Below are positions 1 through 7,675 of a stretch of 24,000 bases of DNA, piece by piece. Below the pieces are notes generated by a model. The model was not told where the DNA came from, made no database searches, and saw nothing but the letters and a program-made list of their open reading frames with translations. Location of the stretch: positions 3,142,514 through 3,166,513 of the forward strand of contig NZ_CP098502.1 in NCBI RefSeq assembly GCF_024220175.1, read 5' to 3'. The DNA is from Paraconexibacter antarcticus. GTDB taxonomy: Bacteria > Actinomycetota > Thermoleophilia > Solirubrobacterales > Solirubrobacteraceae. Each line of letters opens with the position of its first letter. The first letter of the stretch is position 1. A program made the translations under genes and the position numbers.

Positions 1-357
1 TTCCGCGACGCGGCCCACGCCGCGGTCGCCGCGTCCTTCGACACCGTGCAGATCGCGACCGACGACGGCTCGGTCGGCCACCACGGCCTCGTCACCGAGC
101 TGCTCGCCGCCGAGCTCCACCGCGACCCGCACGCGACGGTCTACTCGTGCGGGCCGCCCGGCATGCTCGAGGCGATCCGCCGGATGTGCCTGGAGCGGGA
201 GGTCCCCGCCCAGCTCGCCCTCGAGTCCGGCATGGCCTGCGGCTTCGGCGCCTGCTTCGGCTGCGTCGTGCCGCTCAGCGGCGGGGGGTACGCCCGCGTC
301 TGCGTCGACGGCCCCGTCCTCGACGCCACCGCCATCGACCACGTCCCGGCGCACTGA
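1..357 (+). CDS. pyrK: Dihydroorotate dehydrogenase (class 1B) electron-transfer subunit, C-terminal part (5' end lies outside the window)
   Basis: Frame 1 is open from base 1 to TGA 355-357. The C-terminal MACGFGACFGC...VC cysteine cluster is typical of the PyrK 2Fe-2S site. The gene sits directly upstream of pyrD. Confidence 0.85.
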   Translation, partial: FRDAAHAAVAASFDTVQIATDDGSVGHHGLVTELLAAELHRDPHATVYSCGPPGMLEAIRRMCLEREVPAQLALESGMACGFGACFGCVVPLSGGGYARVCVDGPVLDATAIDHVPAH

Positions 358-429
358 CATGGGCGCGAAGCGCTTCGCCCAGGGGGCTCGCATTCCGGTG
401 ACGCAGGCAGCGATCCGGGAGGTCGTGCT

Positions 430-1302
430 GTGAGCGCCGTCGACTTCTGCGGCATCGAGCTCGCCCACCCGATCGTCAACGGGTCCGGCACGTTCGACGC
501 GATCGCCGCCCACGCCGTCTTCGGGGACGCGCTCCTGGAGGACTTCCCGTTCTCCGCGTTCGTCTCCAAGACGATCACGCTCGCCGTCCGCGACGGGAAC
601 CCGCCACCGCGGCTGTGGGAGACGCCGAGCGGCATGATCAACTCGATCGGCCTGCCGAACAAGGGCCTCGCCGGCTACCTCGAGCACGACCTCCCGAAGC
701 TCGCCGCGCTTCCCGTCCCCCTCATCACGAACGTCATGGGCTCGACCGCCGGGGAGCTCTGCGAGCTCGTCGCCGCGTGCGACGGCCAGGAGGCCATCCG
801 CGCGATCGAGCTCAACGTCTCGTGCCCGAACGTGAAGACCGGCCTCGACATCGGCGCCGACCCCGCGTCGCTCGCCGAGGTCATGCGCGCTGTGCGTCCG
901 CAGACCGCGAAGCCGCTCATCGTGAAGCTCACCCCGAACACCGCCGACGTGGCCCTCGTCGCGGCGGCCGCGGAGGCCGAGGGGGCGGACGCCGTCTCGC
1001 TCATCAACACCCTGCGGGCCACCGCCCAGCACCCCGACGGCAGCGGGCGCCCGTGGCTCGGCGGGGTGACTGGCGGTATGTCCGGCCCGGCCATCCGCGC
1101 GGTCGCCCTCGCCCAGGTCACCGCTGTCGCCGCCAGGGTCTCGATCCCCGTCGTCGGCATGGGCGGGGTCCAGCGGGGCGAGCACGCGGCGCAGCTGCTG
1201 CGCGCGGGAGCGACGCTCGTCGCCGTCGGGACGGAATCCTTCCGCGACTCCGCCGCCGGGAGCCGGATCGCCCGTGAGCTCGACCGCCTGGAGGCTCGCT
1301 GA
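430..1302 (+). CDS. pyrD: Dihydroorotate dehydrogenase, class 1B catalytic subunit
   Basis: GTG 430 is preceded by GGGAGG (417-422). Motifs NGSGTF, NSIGLPN and ELNVSCPN (class-1 catalytic Cys) are present. Third codon positions are GC-rich. Confidence 0.9.
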   Translation: MSAVDFCGIELAHPIVNGSGTFDAIAAHAVFGDALLEDFPFSAFVSKTITLAVRDGNPPPRLWETPSGMINSIGLPNKGLAGYLEHDLPKLAALPVPLITNVMGSTAGELCELVAACDGQEAIRAIELNVSCPNVKTGLDIGADPASLAEVMRAVRPQTAKPLIVKLTPNTADVALVAAAAEAEGADAVSLINTLRATAQHPDGSGRPWLGGVTGGMSGPAIRAVALAQVTAVAARVSIPVVGMGGVQRGEHAAQLLRAGATLVAVGTESFRDSAAGSRIARELDRLEAR

Positions 1303-1471
1303 GCGGCCCTTTTCGCTCTACGCCGTGGTTTCGGTGGCTCCGGAGATCGGCAGAACGCCGAAACTGCTGCAAATCGGCGAAAAACCGTCAAGTACGGTCG
1401 AGAAGGGTGAACCTCGAGTCGAGGTCGAGGTGAATTCGCCCATCCACGCCTCATGGCGGCCGCGCACGCTG

Positions 1472-1477
1472 TATCTT
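1472..1477 (+). promoter_or_regulatory. Candidate -10 hexamer TATCTT (TANNNT) 9 nt upstream of the mihF ATG, with no SD in between
   Basis: Read directly: gctgTATCTTccaccgccgATG. The purine-poor spacer suggests a leaderless or very short-leader mRNA. Confidence 0.3.
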
Positions 1478-1486
1478 CCACCGCCG

Positions 1487-1828
1487 ATGACGCTGGCCGC
1501 CGACACCCCCTCGAAGCAGACCGCGACGCCCGAGCGTTCGCTCAACCAGCGGATGGATGCCCTGGCCCGTGCGAACGCCATCCGCACCCAGCGGGCGCAG
1601 CTGAAGCGCGATCTCAAGGCCGGCCGCGTCTCCATCCACCAGCTGCTCGTGGATCCGCCGGACTTCCTCGAAACCGCGAAGGTCTTCGAGATGCTCCTCG
1701 CGGTGCCGAAGTATGGCCGCGTGAAGGCGAACAAGGTCCTCGTCGCCTGCCGCATCTCGCCGTCGAAGACCATCGGTGGCCTCTCCGAGCGCCAGCGCGC
1801 GGAGCTCGTCACCCTCCTCAAGCGCTAG
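1487..1828 (+). CDS. mihF: Actinobacterial integration host factor (mIHF/sIHF family)
   Basis: 113 aa starting at the internal ATG 1487 of ORF 1274..1828. The sequence LNQRMDALARANAIRTQRAQLKRDLK...GRVKANKVL...GGLSERQRAELV matches the mIHF pattern. Its position between pyr genes and gmk is the conserved actinobacterial synteny. Confidence 0.8.
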   Translation: MTLAADTPSKQTATPERSLNQRMDALARANAIRTQRAQLKRDLKAGRVSIHQLLVDPPDFLETAKVFEMLLAVPKYGRVKANKVLVACRISPSKTIGGLSERQRAELVTLLKR

Positions 1829-1908
1829 CGGGCCGCCCGGCCCCCGGGACGTCGCCGGAGGAGGCGACCGCGTCGGCCCTCCGGCCGCCCTCGGTCGTCG
1901 GCGCGGCG

Positions 1909-1914
1909 TAGGGT
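1909..1914 (+). promoter_or_regulatory. Candidate -10 hexamer TAGGGT 6 nt upstream of the monooxygenase ATG (leaderless geometry)
   Basis: ggcgTAGGGTcaccccATG. There is no SD, and the spacing fits a transcription start at or next to the start codon. Confidence 0.4.
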
Positions 1915-1920
1915 CACCCC

Positions 1921-3375
1921 ATGACGACGACGCAGTCCGGCGCGACACCGCGGGTGGCCATCATCGGAGCAGGGGTCTCCGGCCTCTGCATGGCGATCCG
2001 CCTGCGCGAGGCCGGCATCGAGACGTTCACGGTCTTCGAGAAGTCGTCGACCGTCGGCGGCACGTGGCGGGACAACACGTATCCCGGCCTCTTCTGCGAC
2101 GTCCCCTCCCGGTACTTCCAGTACTCGTTCGCGCCGAACCCGGACTGGACGCGCCTCTTCAGTCCCGGCCCGGAGATCGGCGCCTACCTCGAGCGGGTCG
2201 CCGACGAGTACCGGCTCCGCGAGCGCATCCGCTTCGGGGTCGAGCTCCGCGAGGCGCACTGGGAGGACGGGCGCTGGATCCTCACCGGGGACGGCGTGCG
2301 CGAGGAGGCCGACTTCGTCGTCACCGGCTGCGGCTTCCTGCACCGCCCGTCGGTCCCGGACATCCCCGGGCTCGACACGTTCGCCGGGGCGTCCTTCCAC
2401 TCCTCGCGCTGGGACCACCACGTCCCGCTCACCGGCCGCGTCGGCATCGTCGGCACCGGGTCCACCGGCGTGCAGATCGTCGCCGAGCTCGCCGGGACGC
2501 CGGCGCGGCTCGTGCAGTTCACCCGCACGCCGCAGTGGGTCTTCCCGACCGTCAACCCGCGCTACACCCGGCTCAGCGCCGCCGTCTACCGCCGGTTCCC
2601 GAAGCTCATGGACGTCGCCTACCGCGGGCACCAGTGGTGGTTCGAGGCGCTCCTCATGAACGCGCTCCTGCGCGACGGCATCCCGCGGCGCCTCGTCGGC
2701 GCCGGCTGCCGGCTCGCGCTGCGCAGCGTCCGCGACCCCGGCCTGCGCGCCCGCCTCACGCCGCGCGACGAGCCCGGGTGCAAGCGGCTCGTCGCGAGCG
2801 CCGGCTACTACCGCGCCGTCCAGCGCCCGGACGTCGACGTCGTGACGACCGCGATCGACCACGTCGAGCCGCGCGGCGTCGTGACGATCGACGGCGTCCT
2901 GCACGAGCTCGACGTCCTCGTCCTCGCGACCGGGTTCGACACCCACGCGCTCGTGCGGCCCATGGAGTTCACCGGGCCGGCCGGAGCCACGCTCTCGGAC
3001 GCGTGGGCCCACGGCCCGCGCGGGTACGACACGGTCGCGGTCCCGGGCCTGCCGAACCTCTTCATGCTCATGGGCCCGAGCAGCCCCGTGAACATCTCCT
3101 CGATGTTCAACGTCGCCGAGGCGCAGGCCGGCTACGCGCTGGCGATGATCACCCGCTGGGCCGCCGCGGGACGCACGGCCCTCGCGCCCCGGGCGGACGC
3201 CGCCGAGCGCTTCACCGCCGGGCTCCAGGATGCGCTGCAGGGATCGATCTGGCTCAGCGGGTGCCAGAGCTGGTACCTCACCGACGACGGCACCCCGGTC
3301 ATCTGGCCCGCCTCGCCGGCCGCGCACCGCGAGCTGCTCGACGAGCCGCGCCTCGCCGACTACGAGCGCGTCTGA
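1921..3375 (+). CDS. Class B flavin-dependent monooxygenase (Baeyer-Villiger / FMO-like), FAD and NADPH binding
   Basis: N-terminal GAGVSG Rossmann motif and a second dinucleotide motif, GTGSTG. FAGASFHSSRWD (2380-2415) matches the BVMO fingerprint FxGxxxHxxxW[P/D]. Confidence 0.85.
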   Translation: MTTTQSGATPRVAIIGAGVSGLCMAIRLREAGIETFTVFEKSSTVGGTWRDNTYPGLFCDVPSRYFQYSFAPNPDWTRLFSPGPEIGAYLERVADEYRLRERIRFGVELREAHWEDGRWILTGDGVREEADFVVTGCGFLHRPSVPDIPGLDTFAGASFHSSRWDHHVPLTGRVGIVGTGSTGVQIVAELAGTPARLVQFTRTPQWVFPTVNPRYTRLSAAVYRRFPKLMDVAYRGHQWWFEALLMNALLRDGIPRRLVGAGCRLALRSVRDPGLRARLTPRDEPGCKRLVASAGYYRAVQRPDVDVVTTAIDHVEPRGVVTIDGVLHELDVLVLATGFDTHALVRPMEFTGPAGATLSDAWAHGPRGYDTVAVPGLPNLFMLMGPSSPVNISSMFNVAEAQAGYALAMITRWAAAGRTALAPRADAAERFTAGLQDALQGSIWLSGCQSWYLTDDGTPVIWPASPAAHRELLDEPRLADYERV

Positions 3376-3414
3376 CCGGCCGGGGCCGCCGGGCCATCCG
3401 TCGGCCCCCGTCAC

Positions 3415-3420
3415 TAGCCT
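3415..3420 (+). promoter_or_regulatory. Candidate -10 hexamer TAGCCT within the 9-mer CACTAGCCT, 10 nt upstream of the gmk GTG
   Basis: gtCACTAGCCTccccgaccccGTG, with no SD. The identical 9-mer recurs upstream of the peroxiredoxin gene (19582-19590). Confidence 0.35.
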
Positions 3421-3430
3421 CCCCGACCCC

Positions 3431-4000
3431 GTGGCAAAGGTCTTCGTCATCACCGGTCCCAGCGGCGTCGGCAAGGGGACGCTCATCCGCGAGCTCCGGG
3501 ACCGCGTCCCCGAGCTCGAGCTCAGCGTCTCGGCGACGACGCGCGCACCGCGGCCGGGGGAGGCCGACGGCGTCGACTACCACTTCCTCACGCCCGAGCT
3601 CTTCGCCGCGCGCGTCGGCGAGGGCGCCTTCGTCGAGCACGCCGAGTACTCCGGCCGCCGCTACGGCACGCTCCGCGCCGAGCTCGACCGGCGGACCTCC
3701 GGCGGCCACCCGGTCGTCCTCGAGATCGAGGTCCAGGGGGCCCGCCAGGTGCGCAGCGCGATGCCCGAGGCGGTGCAGATCTTCATCGTGCCGCCGTCGA
3801 CCGACACGCTCCGGCAGCGGCTCGTCGGCCGCGGCACCGACGACGACGAGCAGGTCGCCGCGCGCCTCGAGGTCGCGGTGAGCGAGCTCGCCGCCCAGGA
3901 CGAGTTCGACTACAAGGTCACGAACGCCGACCTCGAGACCGCGGTGGCGGAGCTCGTCGGCATCGTGCGGCGCGAGAGCGCGGCGTCCGCTCCCCGTTAG
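3431..4000 (+). CDS. gmk: Guanylate kinase
   Basis: GTG 3431 is in frame within ORF 3230..4000. P-loop GPSGVGKGT, then SATTRAPRPGE..G.DYHF. Conserved position before rpoZ. Confidence 0.9.
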   Translation: MAKVFVITGPSGVGKGTLIRELRDRVPELELSVSATTRAPRPGEADGVDYHFLTPELFAARVGEGAFVEHAEYSGRRYGTLRAELDRRTSGGHPVVLEIEVQGARQVRSAMPEAVQIFIVPPSTDTLRQRLVGRGTDDDEQVAARLEVAVSELAAQDEFDYKVTNADLETAVAELVGIVRRESAASAPR

Positions 4001-4017
4001 CCGGGGCGTCCACCAGC

Positions 4018-4023
4018 TACACT
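4018..4023 (+). promoter_or_regulatory. Candidate -10 hexamer TACACT 6 nt upstream of the rpoZ GTG (leaderless geometry)
   Basis: agCTACACTgggtggGTG. The same CTACACTnGGTG string occurs upstream of the TPR gene (10003-10014). Confidence 0.4.
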
Positions 4024-4029
4024 GGGTGG

Positions 4030-4257
4030 GTGATCCAGCCCCGCATCGACCATCTTCTCGAGCACGTCGACTCGAACTACGCCTCCGTGCTCGTGGCCGC
4101 CAAGCGCGCCCGGCAGATCAACTCGTACTACCACAACCTCGGGGAGGGGACGTTCGACGAGTTCCCGCCGCCGATGGTCGAGAGCGCCTCCAAGAACTAC
4201 CTCACGATCGCCCTGGAGGAAGTGGCCCAGGGCAAGATCAGGTACCAGTACCGCTAG
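4030..4257 (+). CDS. rpoZ: DNA-directed RNA polymerase subunit omega
   Basis: 75 aa. The N-terminal IDHLLEHVDSNYASVLVAAKRARQI is typical of omega. The gmk-rpoZ-coaBC order is conserved. Confidence 0.9.
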   Translation: MIQPRIDHLLEHVDSNYASVLVAAKRARQINSYYHNLGEGTFDEFPPPMVESASKNYLTIALEEVAQGKIRYQYR

Positions 4258-4293
4258 GAGCACCGGCCAGGCTCGTTCGCACGGAGCGCGGAC

Positions 4294-5577
4294 GTGGACG
4301 TGGACGCCACGGGGATGCGCCTCCTCCTCGGCGTGACGGGCGGCATCGCCGCCTACAAGGGCCTCGAGACCGCGCGCCTGGCCGTGAAGGCCGGGCACGC
4401 CGTGCGCGTCGTGCAGACGCCCGAGGCCCAGCGCTTCGTCGGCGCCGCGTCGTTCGCCGCCATCACCGGCGCCCCGGTCCTGACGAGCGAGTTCGAGCGG
4501 GACCCCGCCCGCGGCGTCTTCCCCGGGCAGGCGACCCCCGCGCACGACCCGGCGAGCCACCTCGCCCTCGTCGAGAACGCCGACGTCTTCCTCGTCGCCC
4601 CGGCGACGGCGAACACGATCGCGAAGCTCGCCCACGGGCTCGCGGACAACCTCCTCACCTCCGCCGCGCTCGCCGCGCGCTGCCCGCTCGTCGTCGCCCC
4701 GGCGATGAACGACGCCATGTGGGAGCACCCGGCGACGCAGGCGAACCTCGCCACCCTCCGCGCCCGCGGCGTGACGATCGTCGACCCCGGGGTCGGCGCG
4801 CTCGGCACGCTCGGCGAGTGGGGCGCCGGCCGCCTCGCCGAGCCGCCCGCGCTGCTCGCGGCCGCCGAGCGCGCCGCCACCGCCCGGGCGACCGCGACCG
4901 GCCCGTGGGACGGGCTGCGCGTCCTCGTCACCGCCGGCGGCACCCGCGAGCCGATCGACGCCGTCCGCTTCGTCGGCAACCGCTCGAGCGGCCGGATGGG
5001 CTTCGCCGTCGCGTCCGCCGCCGCGGCGCTGGGCGCCGACGTCACCGTCCTCGCCGCGAACGTGGCGCTCGGCCGCGACCCGCGCGTCACCTACGTCGAC
5101 GTCTCCAGCGCCGCCGACCTCGAGGCCGCGTGCGCCGAGCACTTCCCCGGCTGCCACGTCCTCGTCATGTCCGCCGCCGTCGCCGACTTCCGCCCGGTCG
5201 ACCCGGCCGAAGTGAAGCTCAAGAAGACCGGCCGCGACGAGCTGACGATCACGATGGAGCCGACCCCGGACATCCTCACCGGGCTCGCCGCCGGCCGCCG
5301 CCCGGGCCAGACGCTCGTCGGCTTCGCCGCCGAGACGGGGGAGGGGGCCGTCGCCTACGGGCGCGACAAGCTCGTCCGCAAGAGGCTCGACGCCGTCGTC
5401 GTCAACGACGTCGCGCAGGCCGGAATCGGGTTCGACACCCCCGACAACGAGGTGACGATCGTCACGGCCGCCGGCGAGGAGCACGTCGCCCGCCGCGGCA
5501 AGGACGAGGTCGCCGCCGCCATCCTGCGCACGGTCGACGCGCTGCGCAGCGCCTCCGCCACCCCGCTCGGGCGATGA
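4294..5577 (+). CDS. coaBC: Bifunctional phosphopantothenoylcysteine decarboxylase / phosphopantothenate-cysteine ligase
   Basis: GTG 4294 has GGAG (4283-4286) 7 nt upstream; ATG 4315 is an alternative start. Contains the GVTGGIAAYK flavoprotein motif and the CoaB motif FVGNRSSGRMG. Confidence 0.9.
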   Translation: MDVDATGMRLLLGVTGGIAAYKGLETARLAVKAGHAVRVVQTPEAQRFVGAASFAAITGAPVLTSEFERDPARGVFPGQATPAHDPASHLALVENADVFLVAPATANTIAKLAHGLADNLLTSAALAARCPLVVAPAMNDAMWEHPATQANLATLRARGVTIVDPGVGALGTLGEWGAGRLAEPPALLAAAERAATARATATGPWDGLRVLVTAGGTREPIDAVRFVGNRSSGRMGFAVASAAAALGADVTVLAANVALGRDPRVTYVDVSSAADLEAACAEHFPGCHVLVMSAAVADFRPVDPAEVKLKKTGRDELTITMEPTPDILTGLAAGRRPGQTLVGFAAETGEGAVAYGRDKLVRKRLDAVVVNDVAQAGIGFDTPDNEVTIVTAAGEEHVARRGKDEVAAAILRTVDALRSASATPLGR

Positions 5578-6548
5578 CCGACGCGGCGCGCTCGGACGCC
5601 CGCCCGCTCGACCAGGAGGACATCAACGCCGCCCGCGACCTCGCGGCCCGGCTGACGCAGACCGTCCGCGCGGCCGTCGAGCTGCGCGACGGGCTCCTCG
5701 AGCAGATCCTCGTCTGCATCGTCGCCGAGGGGCACGTCCTCATCGAGGACCTCCCCGGCGTCGGCAAGACGACGCTCGCGCGGTCGCTCGCGCAGGCGCT
5801 CGGCCTGCAGTTCGCCCGCGTGCAGTGCACCGCCGACCTGCTGCCCGCGGACGTCGTCGGCACGAACGTCTACAACCGCCGCGAGGAGCGGTTCGAGTTC
5901 CGCCCCGGCCCGATCTTCGCGAACGTCGTCCTCGTCGACGAGATCAACCGCGCCTCCCCGAAGACGCAGTCGGGGCTGCTGGAGTGCATGCAGGAGAACC
6001 GCGTCACCGTCGACGTCCACACGCACGAGCTCGCGCGCCCGTTCCTCGTCCTCGCGACGCAGAACCCCATCGAGCTCGAAGGGACCTACCCGCTGCCCGA
6101 GGCCCAGGTCGACCGCTTCATGGCCCGCATCTCGCTCGGCTACCCGTCGGCGGCCGCCGAGGCGGACATGCTCCGGGTCCACGAGGCGTCCGACGGCACC
6201 GGTGGGGTCGCCGCCGCGGGCGACGCCGGTGAGCTGCTCGCCGCGCAGGACGCCGCGCGTCGCGTCCTCACGAGCGACGCCCTGCGCGCCTACGTCGTCG
6301 CGCTCCTCGGCGCCACCCGCGAGGACCCGAGGGTGCAGCTCGGCGCGAGCCCGCGCGCCGGCCTCATGCTCCTGCGCGCGGCGAAGGCCCGCGCCCTCCT
6401 CGCCGGCCGCGGTCACGCGCTGCCCGACGACGTGCAGGCGCTCGCGGAGATCGTGCTCGCCCACCGCCTCGTCCTCGCGCCGGACGCCTTCGACGCGACC
6501 GCCGAGGCCGTCGTCGCCGACGCCGTGCGGGCGGTCCCGGCGCTGTGA
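5574..6548 (+). CDS. MoxR-family AAA+ ATPase
   Basis: ATG 5574 overlaps the coaBC stop (ATGA, 5574-5577). Walker A is GVGKTT and Walker B is VLVDEINR, followed by ATQNP and a MoxR-like C-terminal lid. Confidence 0.9.
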   Translation: MTDAARSDARPLDQEDINAARDLAARLTQTVRAAVELRDGLLEQILVCIVAEGHVLIEDLPGVGKTTLARSLAQALGLQFARVQCTADLLPADVVGTNVYNRREERFEFRPGPIFANVVLVDEINRASPKTQSGLLECMQENRVTVDVHTHELARPFLVLATQNPIELEGTYPLPEAQVDRFMARISLGYPSAAAEADMLRVHEASDGTGGVAAAGDAGELLAAQDAARRVLTSDALRAYVVALLGATREDPRVQLGASPRAGLMLLRAAKARALLAGRGHALPDDVQALAEIVLAHRLVLAPDAFDATAEAVVADAVRAVPAL

Positions 6549-6583
6549 GCCCGCGACGGCCCGGAGCCCGGGGAGGCTGAGCG

Positions 6584-7675
6584 ATGGGCGGCTCGCGGCG
6601 GCTGGCGGGCCTGGGCGGTGCCCTCCTGCTCGCCGCGGCCGCGCTCGACGCCGAGCCGCTGTACGTCCCCGCGGTCGCGCTCCTCGTGCTCGCCGCGGGC
6701 GCCGCCGCCTGGGTCGCGCTCGCCGTCCGCCGCATCACCATCACCCGGACGCTCCGGCGGACGACCGCGCTCGAGCAGCAGCCGGTGCAGATCCGCGTCA
6801 CCGCGACCTCCTCGCGCCTGCTGCTCCCGCACGGCACGCTCGAGGACCCGCTCCTCGATGCGCCGGTGGCGCTCGCCGCCGGGCGCTGGGAGCACACCCT
6901 CGCGCTCGAGGTCCGCTTCTCGCGCCGCGGCCGCCACGTCCTCGCGCCGCCCGTGGTCACGGTCCGCGACCCCTTCGGCCTCGCCCGCGCGACGATCACG
7001 GCCCCGCCCGTCGAGGTCCTCGTGCTGCCCGCCGTCCTGCCCGTCCGCCGCCCCGGGAGCGACCGCCCGGGGGACGCCGTCGGCCGCCGCGTCGCCCGCG
7101 ACGGCCTCGCGCCCGAGGTCGAGCTCGACGGCCTGCGCCCGCTCCGGCCGGGCACGCCGGCGGCGCGGATCTCGTGGGCCGCGTACGCGCGCTCGGGCGA
7201 GCTGCTCGAGCGGCACCTGCGGCCCGACGGCGACGCACGGCCCGTCGTCGTCCTCGACACCCGCACGGCGTCGGGCGGGGACGAGGACGTCCTCGACGCC
7301 GCCGTCCGGGCCGCCGCCTCGCTCTGCGTCCATCTCGCCCGGAAGCAGGGCTGCGCGCTCCTGCTCCCGGGGGACCGGCGCCCGCATGCGATCGGCCCGG
7401 GCCTCGCCGCGTGGCCCGCGCTGCACACGCGGCTCGCGCTCGTCGGGGCCGGAGGTGCACCCAGCCCAGGCGCGCTGACCGGGCGCACAGGCGTCGTCTT
7501 CCACGTGAGCGCGCGTCCGCTCGTGCGGCCCCCCGCGGGCCTCGCGCGCGCAGGCGGCCAGGTCCTCGTCGTGCCGGCGGCGCTGCCCGGTCGCCCGGCG
7601 TCGTTCACCGTCGCCGGCTGCCTCGGCTACGACCTCGCAGCGGGGCGCGTGCGCCGCCCGGCGGTGGCGTCGTGA
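6584..7675 (+). CDS. DUF58-domain protein (MoxR-associated, degenerate VWA-like), with N-terminal hydrophobic segments
   Basis: ATG 6584 is preceded by GGGGAGG. Two N-terminal hydrophobic stretches. LRPLRPGTPAARISWAAYARSGELL resembles the DUF58 R.Y..GD...I.W...AR signature. It is the partner gene of moxR. Confidence 0.8.
   Translation: MGGSRRLAGLGGALLLAAAALDAEPLYVPAVALLVLAAGAAAWVALAVRRITITRTLRRTTALEQQPVQIRVTATSSRLLLPHGTLEDPLLDAPVALAAGRWEHTLALEVRFSRRGRHVLAPPVVTVRDPFGLARATITAPPVEVLVLPAVLPVRRPGSDRPGDAVGRRVARDGLAPEVELDGLRPLRPGTPAARISWAAYARSGELLERHLRPDGDARPVVVLDTRTASGGDEDVLDAAVRAAASLCVHLARKQGCALLLPGDRRPHAIGPGLAAWPALHTRLALVGAGGAPSPGALTGRTGVVFHVSARPLVRPPAGLARAGGQVLVVPAALPGRPASFTVAGCLGYDLAAGRVRRPAVAS

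Noticed and set aside
1274-1486. Long N-terminal extension of the mihF ORF (GTG 1274 start, 184 aa)
   Set aside because: mIHF/sIHF homologues are about 105-115 aa and homology begins near residue 88 of the long ORF. The upstream part is lower in GC3, overlaps the pyrD end, and looks non-coding. This remains unproven without proteomics.
1829-1868. GC hairpins after mihF (GGGCC/GGCCC 1830-1843; GTCGCC/GGCGAC 1851-1868), plus similar short stems after pyrD, rpsO and truB, as terminators
   Set aside because: Stems of 5-6 bp with no U-tract arise readily by chance at this GC content. Without 3'-end mapping they cannot be called, and they are mentioned only as context.
1776-3881. 701-aa + strand ORF and 553-aa minus-strand ORF (1825..3486) spanning the monooxygenase/gmk region
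   Set aside because: Their translations are Arg/Pro/Gly/Ala-rich and motif-free. The alternative frames give a flavin monooxygenase with Rossmann and BVMO motifs and a guanylate kinase with a P-loop.
4026-5573. N-terminal parts of the very long ORFs 4026..6548, 6202..9966 and 10503..12860
   Set aside because: Only the distal parts (from ATG 5574, GTG 7672 and ATG 11265) have protein-like sequence and family motifs. The upstream portions are Arg/Pro-rich read-through that overlaps the well-supported genes coaBC, moxR/DUF58 and rimP in other frames.
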